NCBI RefSeq assembly: GCF_000143415.4
Contig: NW_003314349.1
Location: 71,172 to 135,171 of the forward strand
DNA from: Selaginella moellendorffii
Taxonomy: Eukaryota; Plantae; Lycopodiophyta
DNA: 64,000 nt
Direction of reading: 5' to 3'
Shown piece by piece: positions 25,678 to 39,546 of this stretch. Position 1 is the first letter of the stretch; each line of letters starts with the position of its first letter. Position numbers and translations under genes: made by a program. The notes beneath the pieces are model-generated. The model worked only from the letters and a program-made list of their open reading frames with translations, was not told the DNA's origin and did not search any database.

Positions 25678-26995
25678 TGCATCTACATCCCGGAATTGAC
25701 CGAAAGAACATTACGCTGGCGACGGATTAATCGATCCATCAATGGACGTTGCGGTTGAGGGATTTGCCGCGAGTGGGCATTTTTATGGAGTTTTCGGGGA
25801 GCCATAGCCAAGAGCATTGATTGCATGGTCTGGAAAAGGTGGTGGAGGTGGTAATGGTGACCATCCACCGACCTCTGTCCCCTTCGCAAATTCACATGAC
25901 CAGCGAGTCTTGTTTCGTGAGCTGGGGGAAAAGGCATATGCGGTGGCATATTCACGGGTTTTGCCCTTCTGTTCTGTCAACCTTTAAAGGCTTCCTCGCC
26001 CGTCTCTTTCATTCCATGTATGCCCAGGGAGTTATTTTAGAGGGGTCGCCTCGGCTCCACAAAATGCCACCTTTGGGCATTTTACTTTTGTCATTGTGGG
26101 TTTTGGTATTTCTTGTTTGGTGTTGTGGCAAAAGGGAGCAGTGAATCAGGCCATGCGAACGAAGAGCTGGCTGGCGGTGTGTCATGTTGTGGCTGCCATG
26201 GACACGAGTACAGGGTTTGGATTCTAGGGGTTTTTGTTCTTGGCGTGCGTCAACTTCGCAAACTTGGAAACGAGAACTTTGGAGGATTTGATATTTAATA
26301 TCGATTTGGATAGGCGACCTTTTCCTCTTTCTCTCGTTCTTTCTTTCTCGCTGCGAGCAATGCAACTTCCCCGTGCCAATCTTTTACATCTGTGGACCTA
26401 CGTAGAAAAGATCATAGAAAAGAAGAGGATCACGTAACTGTTTGGTCGAGATCATCAGATTTGTTTGCAAACGAGTTTTCCAAATTGTGGGGACGCTCCC
26501 TAGTTACACAGTTTCATGCGCTGTCCAGGATCTTGTGGAAAATTTGGCACGAACTTGTGAAGTGTCCATAGTGATAACTTCATTTCGTACAAATTTGGAT
26601 GTTTTCGCATCAGCTTTGAGATTGTCTCATTGGGTAGTTTGATTATAGTCATTGGATCTTATCATCACAGTTACGCAATTTTCTTATAGAAACTCGAGAG
26701 TTTGACACTCGAGAAGTCGGTTTGAAATACAAGTTTGCGTCCACCGCTGCTCAAGGTGAGTTTGGACACTTTAAATCTCTTCTCAAGGTCAAAACCAAGC
26801 CACTTGATCAGAGAGCCCTGTGTGAACTCCTTGATGATAGAGCAAGCCGAGGAGCATTTTTCTTCGTCAATCGCTTGACTTAACAGTGCTCTTAAGTTCT
26901 TCGTTTGGATCGGCCAGAAACTAGTTTTTCCAAATCCCATCAATGTTATAAGCAGGACTGTACAATGCAGATAGAACCTTTGCTTGCTTACGTGA

Positions 26996-27874
26996 TCATA
27001 CCTTCTTTGATTTCCCTGACCTGAATTTCGCAATCTCCGCGCCAACTTTGTTCCGAACATTCTTGTAAAACCCCGGGTAAGGTTCGTATCCAAACACGTC
27101 ATGAAGCACCTGAAAAAAACCTGCCATGCGTGAGCAAAGTCTGCAGGAAACAAGCTCCTCTCACCTCGAGCAAGACGAAGAATGGTGCCATGAGCAGCGC
27201 TTGGACGAGATTATCCAAAAGAGCCGGCGCTCGACGCTGGATTGTTTCGCAAAGATCGTTAGAAAACCAACCATCGCTATGGACGCAAAATAGCTCACCT
27301 CAAACACTCCATGGCCGATGAACTGCGCAGTCCAGCAAAAAATCTGGCCACCAGCAGCAACCTGGCCAAAGCAAAACCGAAAAAAAGTTGGATGATCGAA
27401 GTCCCAGCGAGAAGAAAAAAAATTTAAATCCAATCTCAAAGAAACAATGGATCAACCAGAGAACGAAAAAAAAATGGAGACCAGGAAATCGATCGAAAGA
27501 AGAAAAGAAGAACTGACCTTCCATCCAAGAGAAAATCCCATTTTTTGAGCTGCCGCATTGGCCCCAATCCAACACGCCAGGCACATCGCGGCCGCCAGCG
27601 AGCCAGCGCGCTTATCCAGCGCCGTGTAGAAGAGCGCGTAGAATCCAGCAAACAGGAAGCTGTAGTTGATCACCATGAAATCCTGGAGCGGCAGCGTCTT
27701 GGCGGGCAGCGGCAAGGGCATCAGCGGCTTCGGCGACGCCAGCGCCATTAGAATGAGCGCTGTGAAGAGGATCGGCCACACGAACACGACGTGGATGCCG
27801 ACATTGATCCTGTTGCTGTGATAGGCGCCATAGAAGGCGAAATGCTTCTCCAGATCGAGGATCCCTCTCGCCAT
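26996..27874 (-). CDS. DUF962 / MPO1-like 2-hydroxy fatty acid dioxygenase (4 exons)
   Basis: LDLEKHFAFYGAYHSNRINVGIH, QFIGHGVFE, KRAPALLDNLVQALLMAPFFV, FGYEPYPGF. Confidence 0.92.
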
Positions 27875-27955
27875 CGCTAGAGTTTTAGGGCTCTTGCGGA
27901 GATTTATACCCAAACGCTATCTGGCCGTACACGTGGCAGAATTAGGGTTCTAGCT

Positions 27956-29748
<1,793 letters not shown>

Positions 29749-29843
29749 CCAAGAGTTCCAAATTTTGAGAGACTGGTAGCTATGATTCAGGTTTTGATTC
29801 TCAGGCAGGTATGAGAAAACTCAAAACTTCGTACTTATTTTTG

Positions 29844-30279
29844 TTATGGATGATCCACAAACAAGACAGCGAAAAGAATATCGAAGTGCTCACGCGGAGT
29901 AGTCGATATCGATGACTCCTGCGATTCTTCCGAATGCCTTCTGGGTATCAAAAGCTCTCCTGGACAGCAGCCATTACCAATACATTTGGTGGAGTAGAAG
30001 TGTCCACATGCGGCTTTAATGTTATAGATCCCTGGCGATGCCGCTGCAAACATAAAATCTGATGGAAGATCGCCGTTCTCGTAGCAGGCCTATTGCGAGA
30101 CGAAAGAGAGAGCTCATCATCCTACTGGTATAGTGAAAAGTTCCAGTTATCTTCTTACACTCTTTTTGTTTGTGGTGCATAGCTGTGCTAAGAATTCCCA
30201 GGCTTGGCTCGAGGATTGCCATGAACACTACGGTGGCAATGGCAAGAGCAGCGAAGGCTTTGGCAGTAGAAGCCATCAT
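29844..30279 (-). pseudogene. EG45-like (expansin domain-1 / natriuretic peptide-like) relic
   Basis: Signal peptide exon + ACYENGDLPSDFMFAAASP..AACG; C-terminal half deleted or frameshifted. Confidence 0.8.
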
Positions 30280-30639
30280 GGAGGAAATGCAAATGCGACA
30301 TGGAACTTGTCGAGAAACGCGTGCGTACGCATTGCGTATTTATACTCGACCAAGAAGCGCTAAAGACCGACTTTGGGAAAGAACAGTGACCGCAATGGTG
30401 CCATTTTTTTCTCTTGAAGCCTCTAAACTCCACGTCCCAGACTTTGCCATGCAAGCTCGCTACGTACCACGCCATTAAAGCTTGGTAGAGATTTCAAAGC
30501 TCTCACGATTGTGTATGGGTAAGAAGGCTGGAATCGAGAAAGAAATAACAAGATGTCAATCTTCTTGATAAATCCTTTTATTGTGATCATGGATCATTGT
30601 AGTTCTTCTTTAGGGCAGCGATAGTGCTTTGGAGCATAT

Positions 30640-31092
30640 CTAGCATGCGTTGTAGTTGACACTGATAACTCCAACAGCTGGGTCTGCAATCCGTGCAAAT
30701 GCCTCTTGGGAGAGATCAAAGGCGCCTGGACAGCCCGGGCAAAGATCCACGATCTGCACTCGGATGGTGTCGCCATTCCTGCAGCCATTTCCAGTGCATC
30801 TCACGCAGAAAAAGGTCCCGCAAGCTGCGCCATTGTTGTAGACTGCCGGAGACGCCGCTGCGAACAGAAAATCTGCTGGGAGAGGATTAAACCCAAAGCA
30901 AGCCGACGCTGCACGAGAAGTTGATCGAGATTTTCACGAATGAGAGTTTAGAACTGCAAAGATCTTACGCTGGTATGGAGGTGTGTAGAACGTAGCCCTG
31001 CTGGAAATTCCCTGGGCCATGCTTGGCACCACGAGTGCCAGGAGAAGTGCGGAGGCAATGACTAGAGCAGCAAATCCTTTGCTAGAAGCCAT
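30640..31092 (-). CDS. EG45-like DPBB secreted protein (2 exons, intact)
   Basis: Signal peptide, ATFYTPPY|PSACFG...AACG..CVRC..IVDLCPGCPGAFDLSQEAFARIADP. Confidence 0.92.
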
Positions 31093-31657
31093 GATTCGTG
31101 TAGCAAGAGTGAGAATGCTTGTATTGAAAACTCAGACTTTATACTCAAGAGATCGCTGGGACGGGAATGCAAAAAGTGTTCTACCTTGAAGTTTCACAGC
31201 GGAGTTCCTGGACCACCAAAAACGACTCTGGTGATTGACGTGGGATTTTCAACACGGCTCATCTCAGATTTCCTCACGGCTCATCTCAGTTTTCCTCAAG
31301 ATCAGTTGTCCGTTCTGGAGACGTGTTTAAGTTTACGTAGAAAAGAGTTTTGCCGTTCTCTGAGTCACGAGCCATACGATCATCAAGAAAGTCTATCCAA
31401 TTCTAGACGATGAAGAGTTTGGGTGGCGAAGTTTCTTACATGTCCAAGGTGCCACGAGCCCTATGACTCTCGAAGTCTATGAAGACAATTGAACATGACG
31501 TGGAAGACTCTTTTTTAATCTTATTCATAAGTTCTAGCGTTTAGTTTTTTCAACACTTCTTTCCAGAGAAATACGGCTAGCACCTATGATAAGAGAGATT
31601 ATAACATCACCAACATAGATTTCTTTTATCATTCTTACTGGTAGTAGTCGATGTTGT

Positions 31658-32053
31658 TCATGCAAATGCCTGCTGGGAGAGATCAAAGGCACCCGGGCAG
31701 CCCGGGCAAAGATCCACGATCTTCAAGCGGATAACATTGCTGTTCCTGCAGCCATTGCTCGTGCATTTCACGCAGTAGTAGCGTCCGCAAGCGGCTCCAT
31801 TGCTGTAAATAGATGGAGCCGCTGCTGCAAAGCTATAATCTGATGGAAGAGAACCATAGCCATAGCAAGCTGATGCTGGTGGATCAGAGAAAAACATTTT
31901 TAGGTGTTACTGTGCATGATGAATTCGTGAAAGCTTAAGTTTACGCTTGTATTGGTTGTAGAAAGTGGCTTTGCTTGCGATTCCTAGGCTTGGCTCCGCC
32001 AAGAGCAGCGTGGTGGCAATGAAGAAAGCAGCAAAGGCTTTGGTAGAAGCCAT
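31658..32053 (-). pseudogene. EG45-like protein, C-terminally truncated
   Basis: Duplicate of 38429-38880; a deletion after FDLSQQAFA creates a stop. Confidence 0.8.
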
Positions 32054-32589
32054 GGATGTATGGAACAGGATAATCACGAACGAGTGTTTGATGTTGAAAA
32101 TAATCGTGCGATGGGGAAGATAATCGTCATGTGATTAGATGTGTAAAAGTTAAATTCTGCAATTCAAGAAAAGATCTTATTTCAAAGCCCTTGGCAAACC
32201 TATCTCAAGTTGAATACTTCATAATGAATTGAAAGTAGAACGAGTGTTCAAGAGACTGTTTGATGTTGAAGCTTATCGTGAACGAGTGCTTGATGATGAA
32301 GATAATCCTCATGTGATTATATTATAGTTGAGGAATGAAAGTTCAAAACGATATCAAATTCTGCGATGCCAGAATAATTCAAGACTAGAACATGATGCTG
32401 GATGCGTATAGAATCTTATTGCTGGAAGAGCTTATTTGAAAGCCGTAAAATTCCGTGTAACCATCAACACCAAACTTCAATAATGCGAGCAAAACCATTA
32501 GATTAAAAATAAATAAGCTGTAATTAAATGTAGTTATTAGAATTTTTTTATTGAAGTTAGGGTCAGGATTCGAACTTGTACAAAGATTT

Positions 32590-33640
32590 GTTTGTATCTT
32601 GGCTCACATCGAAGCTCACTTCCACTTTCTTTCCACCACTCTTCTCGACCAAGGCCTTGTAGCTTAGTGTGAAACTTCCCTTCCTTGTCTGTGGAGCCAG
32701 AGAGCTCCGTCTGCCACAGCCTCTTCCCAGCTTCATTCACAACATCCTGCCAGAATCCCCACAGCACCACTCCCTCCACCGCTGGATGTGCAAACGCTTC
32801 GCGCAGCACAGCCTCCAAGTCGTCCGCTCGGACGTGCTCGTTGCTTGAAGACACGTTCAGCAAGCCACAAAGAATCATCCCCACGGGAATGTAGACATGA
32901 CCTTGGACTCAGATACCACTGACTGGAGCACCTTGTGTTGAGTATATACACTCTCTATGACATGAGCTTAAATAGCAGTAGTGCCACCTCACTGATCCAG
33001 GTGTAGGCTAGAGGTGTGTTTCTTGATCATGTCTATCTTTGTCCATTGTAACTTCTGCATATCTCTTCATGGTATCAGAGTTGTAAGTTTTTGAAAGGGA
33101 AACAGAGTCCTGTCGTGGATATGAGAGAATGATTGGATGCAGAGGGGATTCATGTCATTGAGATTAAGAGGGTGTTAAGTATATATGCTTTCTATGACAT
33201 GAGCATGGTGCCACCTCGTGTACGCTAGATCTTGATCATGTATATTTAGCTATGACAATATATTCAAGCTATCCTTGTCCATCATAGCTTCCACATATCT
33301 CTTCACCTTGCGCGGTTGAACTCTCAATTTGCTGGACGTGTCTCTGAGCTGAGGAGCTCGCCTCTCGACCATCTTCAACGTGGTAGTCATTGACGAAGAG
33401 CCTGACCGGTGGATCCAGAGCTTGAACATGTTGGCGTGAACCTCGTCATCCAGCCTGCTCTTGTAGAAACCCTGTCGTTGTTCACGTCGTAGTGTTGGAA
33501 CTGAAGGCAGGGCTCTCTCGACCACCTGATCACGTTCTAGAGGTTGCTCTAAGCCTGTCACCCTGGAAGCTTTTATGGACTCTTCCAGGATTCGGACAGA
33601 CTTTGGAGAACTTTGCCCACTCGGCAGAGGCATCTCCTCT
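32590..33640 (-). pseudogene. GH10 xylanase 3' relic interrupted by a TRIM
   Basis: Deleted copy of ~39570-40410 (VSSSNEHVRADDLEAVLREAFAHPAVEGVVLWGFWQ). Confidence 0.88.
32936..33305 (+). mobile_element. TRIM (miniature non-autonomous LTR retrotransposon), 370 bp
   Basis: TG..CA LTRs 32936-33069 and 33173-33305, PBS TGGTATCAGAG, purine tract before the 3' LTR, TSD CCTTG; the empty site is visible in the intact xylanase (~40025). Confidence 0.92.
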
Positions 33641-33660
33641 TCTCCTCATAGTGTTAGCAG

Positions 33661-33859
33661 CATCTCCGACAGTGTTCAACAATCTCAGAGCTTCTTCTGC
33701 TTGAGATGCACTGGAAACGGCTGCAGGGATGGGAACACCATCCGAGTGCAGATCGTGGATGTTTGGCCGTGCTGTCCAGGCGCCTTTGATCTCTCCCAAG
33801 AGGCATTTGCACGAATTGCAAACCCAGATGTTGGAGTTATCAGCGTCATCTACAACTGA
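33661..33859 (+). pseudogene. EG45-like 3' half relic
   Basis: CTGNGCRDGNTIRVQIVDVWPCCPGAFDLSQEAFARIANP with no signal exon. Confidence 0.85.
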
Positions 33860-35357
33860 TGCTAAATGTCTCTGATATCCTTCTGATATCTCACTCGCAC
33901 GTGTTTCCATGATCATACACAATAAACGGATTTATCAAGAGGATTGGTAAATCAAAGGATCTCATTTTTGGCTGATCGATTCTATCTTCCCTTCCCACTT
34001 GTAATTGCGAGAGCTTTGAAATGACCACGAATACGGATGTGGTATGTAACACTGTCATAAACATTTGAGAGTATGCAATTTTCCCTTGCTTTAAACCAAT
34101 GCTTCTAAAATAATGGTTTTGATTTTCACATATTTCTTATGAATTTTTAGAAAGCCTTTTAAATTTCTCAATGTAACTTGCACTTGCCCTTATCATATTG
34201 ACATCGCTGTGGATTGTTGATCAACTTGCTTGACCAGCTGTCTCCTTGTGCCGCATCTTAGGGCCTGACTCTTAATCCAGGCCCGGGCCTCCATGGCACT
34301 GAGTTGTCACCCTCAGCACAGAATGCTCTTCGGGTGATTCACAGCAGATCCATCCAGAATTTCCAAGACGATGGCAATTCCCTTGCCACACCACACACCC
34401 AGCCTGAGCATGCAGGGACTTCCCGTCTGTAGATGTTAGTCCACTAGTGATGAGCAAAGCCAAGGTCCATAACTTTCTGTGATTGTGTGGGATTCAGATG
34501 AAGCCATCATAATCTTACCCATACAAAGAGCTTTACAAGCTCATTGAATTATGCCCCTTGAAGTTTTAATATCCTTATGAAGTTTAAGAACTTCAAGAGG
34601 AAAGGAAGATCTCCATGCTTTCACGCTCACCTATAGTGTTTGTGATTGTGATGGAATGTCTACTGCCATTGTTCAAAGAGATTGTTAGTCCCAAACAACT
34701 TGGGGAATGGCAATTCTTAATGCCTACCAGGTTTTCAACCAGATGGGATATAGTAAGCCAGAGGCTTTTGCAAATATGACAAATTCCAGGGGCTTTTATG
34801 CAATTTTCACTTAATGGAAAATGGGGCTTAAACTTTTACAAACTAACATAAACCAACATAAATTAACAGTTGGCCAAAACGAATACTTCTACAGATGTCA
34901 TAAGGATTATATGAAAACAAAGATAAGAGTCTTTCACGTCGTTTTCAAATGGATAGACTTCGATAATCTTGCCCGTGACAACTCCAAGTTTTCTAGAGTG
35001 AGATATAAGAAAACTTCGCACCCAAACTCTTCATCGTTTAGAATTGGATAGACTTTCATGATAATCGTATTGCTCGTGACTCAGAGAGCGGCAAACTCTT
35101 TTCTACGTAAACTTGAACACGCCTCTAGAACGGAGAAACGAGACAACTGATTTGAGGAAAAACGTGTTGAAAATCCCACGTCAATTACGCAGAGTCCTTT
35201 TTGGTGGCCCAGGAACTCCGCTGTGAAACTTCAAAGTAGAACACTCGTTGCATTCCCGTCCCAGCGAGCTCTTGAGTATAAAGTCCGAGTTTTCAATACA
35301 CTCGTCTCAAGCAGCTCCATATCTTCTTCAAACATTCTCGTTCTTGCTACACAAATC

Positions 35358-35819
35358 ATGGCTTCTAGCAAAGGATTTGCTGCTCTAGTCATTGCCGCCG
35401 CGCTTCTCCTGGCACTCGTGGAGCCAAGTGTGGCCCAGGGAATTTCCAGCAGGGCTACGTTCTACACACCTCCATACCAGCGTAAGATTTTTGCAGTTCT
35501 AAACTCTCATTCGTGAAAATCTTCAACTTCTTGTGTTGCTTCTCGTGCAGCGTCCTCTTGCTTTGGGTTTGATCCTCTCCCAGCAGATTTTCTGTTCGCA
35601 GCGGCGTCTCCGGCAGTCTTCAACAATCGCGCAGCTTGTGGGACCTTTTTCTGCGTGAGATGCACTGGAAATGGCTGCAGGAATGGCAACACCATCCGAG
35701 TGCAGATTGTGGATCTTTGCCCGGGCTGTCCAGGTGCATTTGATCTCTCCCAAGAGGCATTTGCACGGATTGCAGACCCAGCTGTTGGAGTTATCAGTGT
35801 CAACTACAACGCATGCTAA
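35358..35819 (+). CDS. EG45-like DPBB secreted protein (2 exons, intact); inverted duplicate of 30640-31092
   Basis: MASSKGFAALVIAAALLLALVEPSVAQGISSRATFYTPPYQ|PSSCFG...IVDLCPGCPGAFDLSQEAF...NYNAC*. Confidence 0.92.
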
Positions 35820-36614
35820 ATATCTCTGATATCATGATCAGCAATCATACACAATAATTTATCAAGAGGATTGATGAATCGTTCTCGATTCTAGCCTTCT
35901 TACCCATACACAATCGTGAGAGCTTTGAAATCTTTTCCAAGCTTTAATGGCGTGGTATGTAGTGATCTTGCATGGCAAAGTCTTTCTGGAAGAGAAAGAA
36001 GTTGCCTCAGCTGAGTGTCAATGTTTGCAAGGTGTTCCTCAAACGTGAAGTGGTTGATAACTTCAATGTCAGTGCTGTTGCAATGAAAAGTTTCCATCTT
36101 GGGCAATGAAAAATCTTCGTTCAACTCAACAGTTTATGGGAAGGACTTGTAGTTGAGGATGTGACGACTTGTGAAGAATCTTGTGCATTCAGATAGTGGC
36201 CATGGGCATTATAGAGTGTGGCCTTTGAATGTCCATTGGAGATGTCCATCTTTCCAAGCTTCCAAATGGTGATGCCATTCACCTGCTTATGCCATCCGCA
36301 TTCAAGGATTATGGAATCCGTCAAAGGTGTGGAGCCAAGCTGTTGATAGTCCACCACCACAAAATCTGCCTATGAAAGGATGCCAAATACTGAAAACAGA
36401 ACGCCACTGGCAAATACCTGTGGGAACCATAGTGTGATCGGTAAATGTCTTCAGGATTAATGTGTGCTTTGAGATGTGAATATGTGATGCTTGGACAACT
36501 TCCATGGAGAGCTTTAACCAGAGTCGACGGGAGCGTCAAGGATGGGCAATCCATGGCTGAAGTCCACTAGTGCAAAGAATGTGCCAGGATCTGGAAAAAC
36601 AGTTTTGTCAATCA

Positions 36615-36856
36615 GATGTGCGAACAGGAAATCTGCTGGAAGAGGAAAGGCAAGACGACGCTGCATGAGGAGCAAGAGAAGAAGTTGATCAAGATTTGAT
36701 TACGGGTGAGAGTTTCTATACAAAGATCTTATGCAGTTATGGAGGTGTGTCGAATGTAGCCCTGCTGGAAATTCCCTGGGCCACGCTTGGCTCCGCGAGT
36801 GCCAGGAAAAGCGCGGCGACAATGACTAGAGCAGCAAATCCTTTGCTAGAAGTCAT
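36615..36856 (-). pseudogene. EG45-like 5' half relic
   Basis: MTSSKGFAALVIVAALFL...ATFDTPP* followed by a short piece of exon 2, then truncated. Confidence 0.82.
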
Positions 36857-37110
36857 GAGCGAGACTGTTTGAAGAAGCACTGGGGCTGCTTGAGACGAGT
36901 AACTCGAGTGTGCGAGGACTTTATACTCGAGAGACATGTATTCTACGTTGAAGTTTCACAGCGGGCCACCAAAAACAACTCTGAGTAATGGACATGAGAT
37001 TTCCAACACGACTTATCCTCAAGATCAGTTATCTCGTTTCTCCATTCTAGAGTCGTGTTCAAGTTTACGTAGAAAAGGGTTTTACCGTTCTCTGAGACAC
37101 GAGCCGTAAG

Positions 37111-38187
37111 TATTCGGGATAGAAATCACGAATGTACTCTGGAATGCCAGCCGCTGCTGGCGCTACGCCCGGGGCCTGCCGGGCGTCTCTCTTATTGACT
37201 ATAAGAACTGAACAGACACGACGGGTCAACTTGACCCAAGAGGGAATCACGAATATTCCCTCAATACTCCCACTCAAGTTGAGCTCGTGATACTTCTTTT
37301 CTTCACGCCCAAAGCTTGTACGTGTCGCGCAAACACTGCTGGTGGAAGTGCCTTCGTGAATATATCTGCCACCATCTCCGTGGTAGCACAGTAGACGAGT
37401 TCCACTTTCTTCACCGCTACCTGTTCACGAATAAAATGAAACTGAACCTGGATATGTTTTGTCCTGCGATGAAATCTTGGATTCTTTGTCAAGGCAATAG
37501 CTCCGATACCATGAAGAGAAGAAGAGTGGAAGCTCCCATGGTGGATGACTCTCAGGATAATCATATATAATATCAAAGATATATATACATGATGAAGAGA
37601 CACGCCTCTAGCCTACACCTGGATCAATGAAGTGGCACTCCTGCCACCTAGGATCATGTCATAGAAAGTGTATACCTCAACACTCCCTCTCAATCTTGAT
37701 GACATGAATCTGAGATCACTCTCCCTCTGCATCCAAGCACTCTATCGTATCCACGACAGAAATCTGTCTCTGCTCGGTGCCTCCTCTCAACACCTCTACC
37801 AGCGCCTTTTCACACCAGCACTTCACTCAGCGTTCCAGTGCAGTCTCTGCTCGGCCAGCCCTCGGGGCCTTGCTCAACTCGCTAGTGCCATTATCTTGGC
37901 ACTCAGTGCAGCACAGTGCCAAAACTTGGCACCTCTCAGCCACATCTGGTGGCTCATCATCATCCTCACTGGCCTCCTCCTTGGCCAGTGCCATCGTCCT
38001 AGGATCTGAAGCCCTCAAGGCTCCGATACCATATTCGGGATAGAAATCACAAATGTACTCTGGAATGCCAGCCGCTGCTGGTGCTACGCCCGGGGCCTGC
38101 CGGGCGTCTCTCTTATTGACTATAAGAACTGAACAGACACGACGGGTCAACTTGACCCAAGAGGGAATCACGAATATTCTCTCAATA
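37111..38187 (-). mobile_element. Chimeric non-autonomous LTR element (TA..TA-ended LTRs) containing a TRIM internal region + LTR and a copia RNase H tail
   Basis: 156-bp LTRs 37111-37266 and 38032-38187 (3 differences), TSD GTAAG, PBS 38021-38031, TRIM LTR 37512-37682, second PBS 37501-37511, RNase H end KNPRFHRRTKHI...VADIFTKAL, PPT. Confidence 0.9.
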
Positions 38188-38428
38188 GTAAGATTATCAA
38201 GTAAGTCAATTGAAAACGATGGCCACAATATTATCAAGTCTATCCAATTGAACACGACATGAAATCTTTGTTTTGTATTAAGGCTTATTCATATCATACG
38301 AGTGGTTAGTTTTTCAACATTGAAATACGTACTTACTTCGGCTTAAACCTTTCATCACGTCCCAAATGCTTAGCACCTATAATAGTTAAGAGATTATAGC
38401 ATCACCAACAAAAGATTCCTTATCATTC

Positions 38429-38880
38429 TTACTGGTAGTAGTCGATGTTGATGACACCGGCATCTGGATTTGCAATTCTTGCAAATGCCTGCTGGGAGAG
38501 ATCAAAGGCACCTGGGCAGCCCGGGCAAAGATCCACGATCTTCACGCGGATAACATTGCTGTTCCTGCAGCCATTGCTCGTGCATTTCACGCAGTAGTAG
38601 CGTCCGCAAGCGGCTCCATTGCTGTAAATAGATGGAGCCGCTGCTGCAAAGCTATAATCTGATGGAAGAGAACCATAGCCATAGCAAGCTGATGCTGGTG
38701 GATCAGAGAAAAACATTTTTAGGTGTTACTGTGCATGATGAATTCGTGAAAGCTTAAGTTTTTACGCTTGTATTGGTTGTAGAAAGTGGCTTTGCTTGCG
38801 ATTCCTAGGCTTGGCTCCGCAAATGCCAAGAGCAGCGTGGTGGCAATGAAGAAAGCAGCAAAGGCTTTGGTAGAAGCCAT
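38429..38880 (-). CDS. EG45-like DPBB secreted protein, second subtype (2 exons, intact)
   Basis: Signal peptide, ATFYNQYK|PSACYGYG...AACGRYYCVKC...IVDLCPGCPGAFDLSQQAFARIANPDAGVINIDY. Confidence 0.92.
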
Positions 38881-39546
38881 GGATGTATGGAACAGGATAA
38901 TCACGAACGAGTGTTTGATGTTGAAAATAATTGTGAACGGGTGTTTGATGGGGAAGATAATCGTCATGTGATTATATATAGTCGAGGAATGAAAGTTCAA
39001 AACGATATCAAATTCTGCAATTCGTGGTGTGTGTGTGGTGTTCTATTTGGTAGCTATAATGCCATTAGATTAAAACAAATCAGCGGTAATTAATAGTTTT
39101 AAGCATAGTTATTACACTTCATATTGAATTGAAAGTACACTGTATTCCAGGAGAGACCTTCTAGCCATGGATGTATGGAACGAGTGTTTAAGAGAGTGTT
39201 TGGTGAAGATTATCGTGACGTCACGTGATTTTATTATAGTTGAGGAATGAAAGTTCAAAACGATATCAAACTCTGCGAAGCCAGAATAATTCATGAACAT
39301 GATGCTGCTTGCGTATAGAATCTTATTGCTGGAAGAGCTTTGAAATAAGCGGTTTCCACGTAGATTGGCAAACCTGTAAATTCATCAATTTTAAAATCAG
39401 CACAAAATCAAAATTTAACAAATGCTTACCTGATAGACAGCAAAGCAGAAGGTGTTTAAGCATAGTTATTAGAGTTTTTGTATAAACTTTTATTTTTTAT
39501 TGAATTTATCGAACTGCTCACAACTTTGCACTCCAAAGATTTGCGA

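Noticed and set aside
34200-36600. Coding-looking scraps at ~34.2-34.8 kb and ~36.0-36.6 kb (similar ones at ~47.6-48.3 and ~51.3-52.2 kb)
   Set aside because: Many stops and no motif I can recognise; left unannotated.
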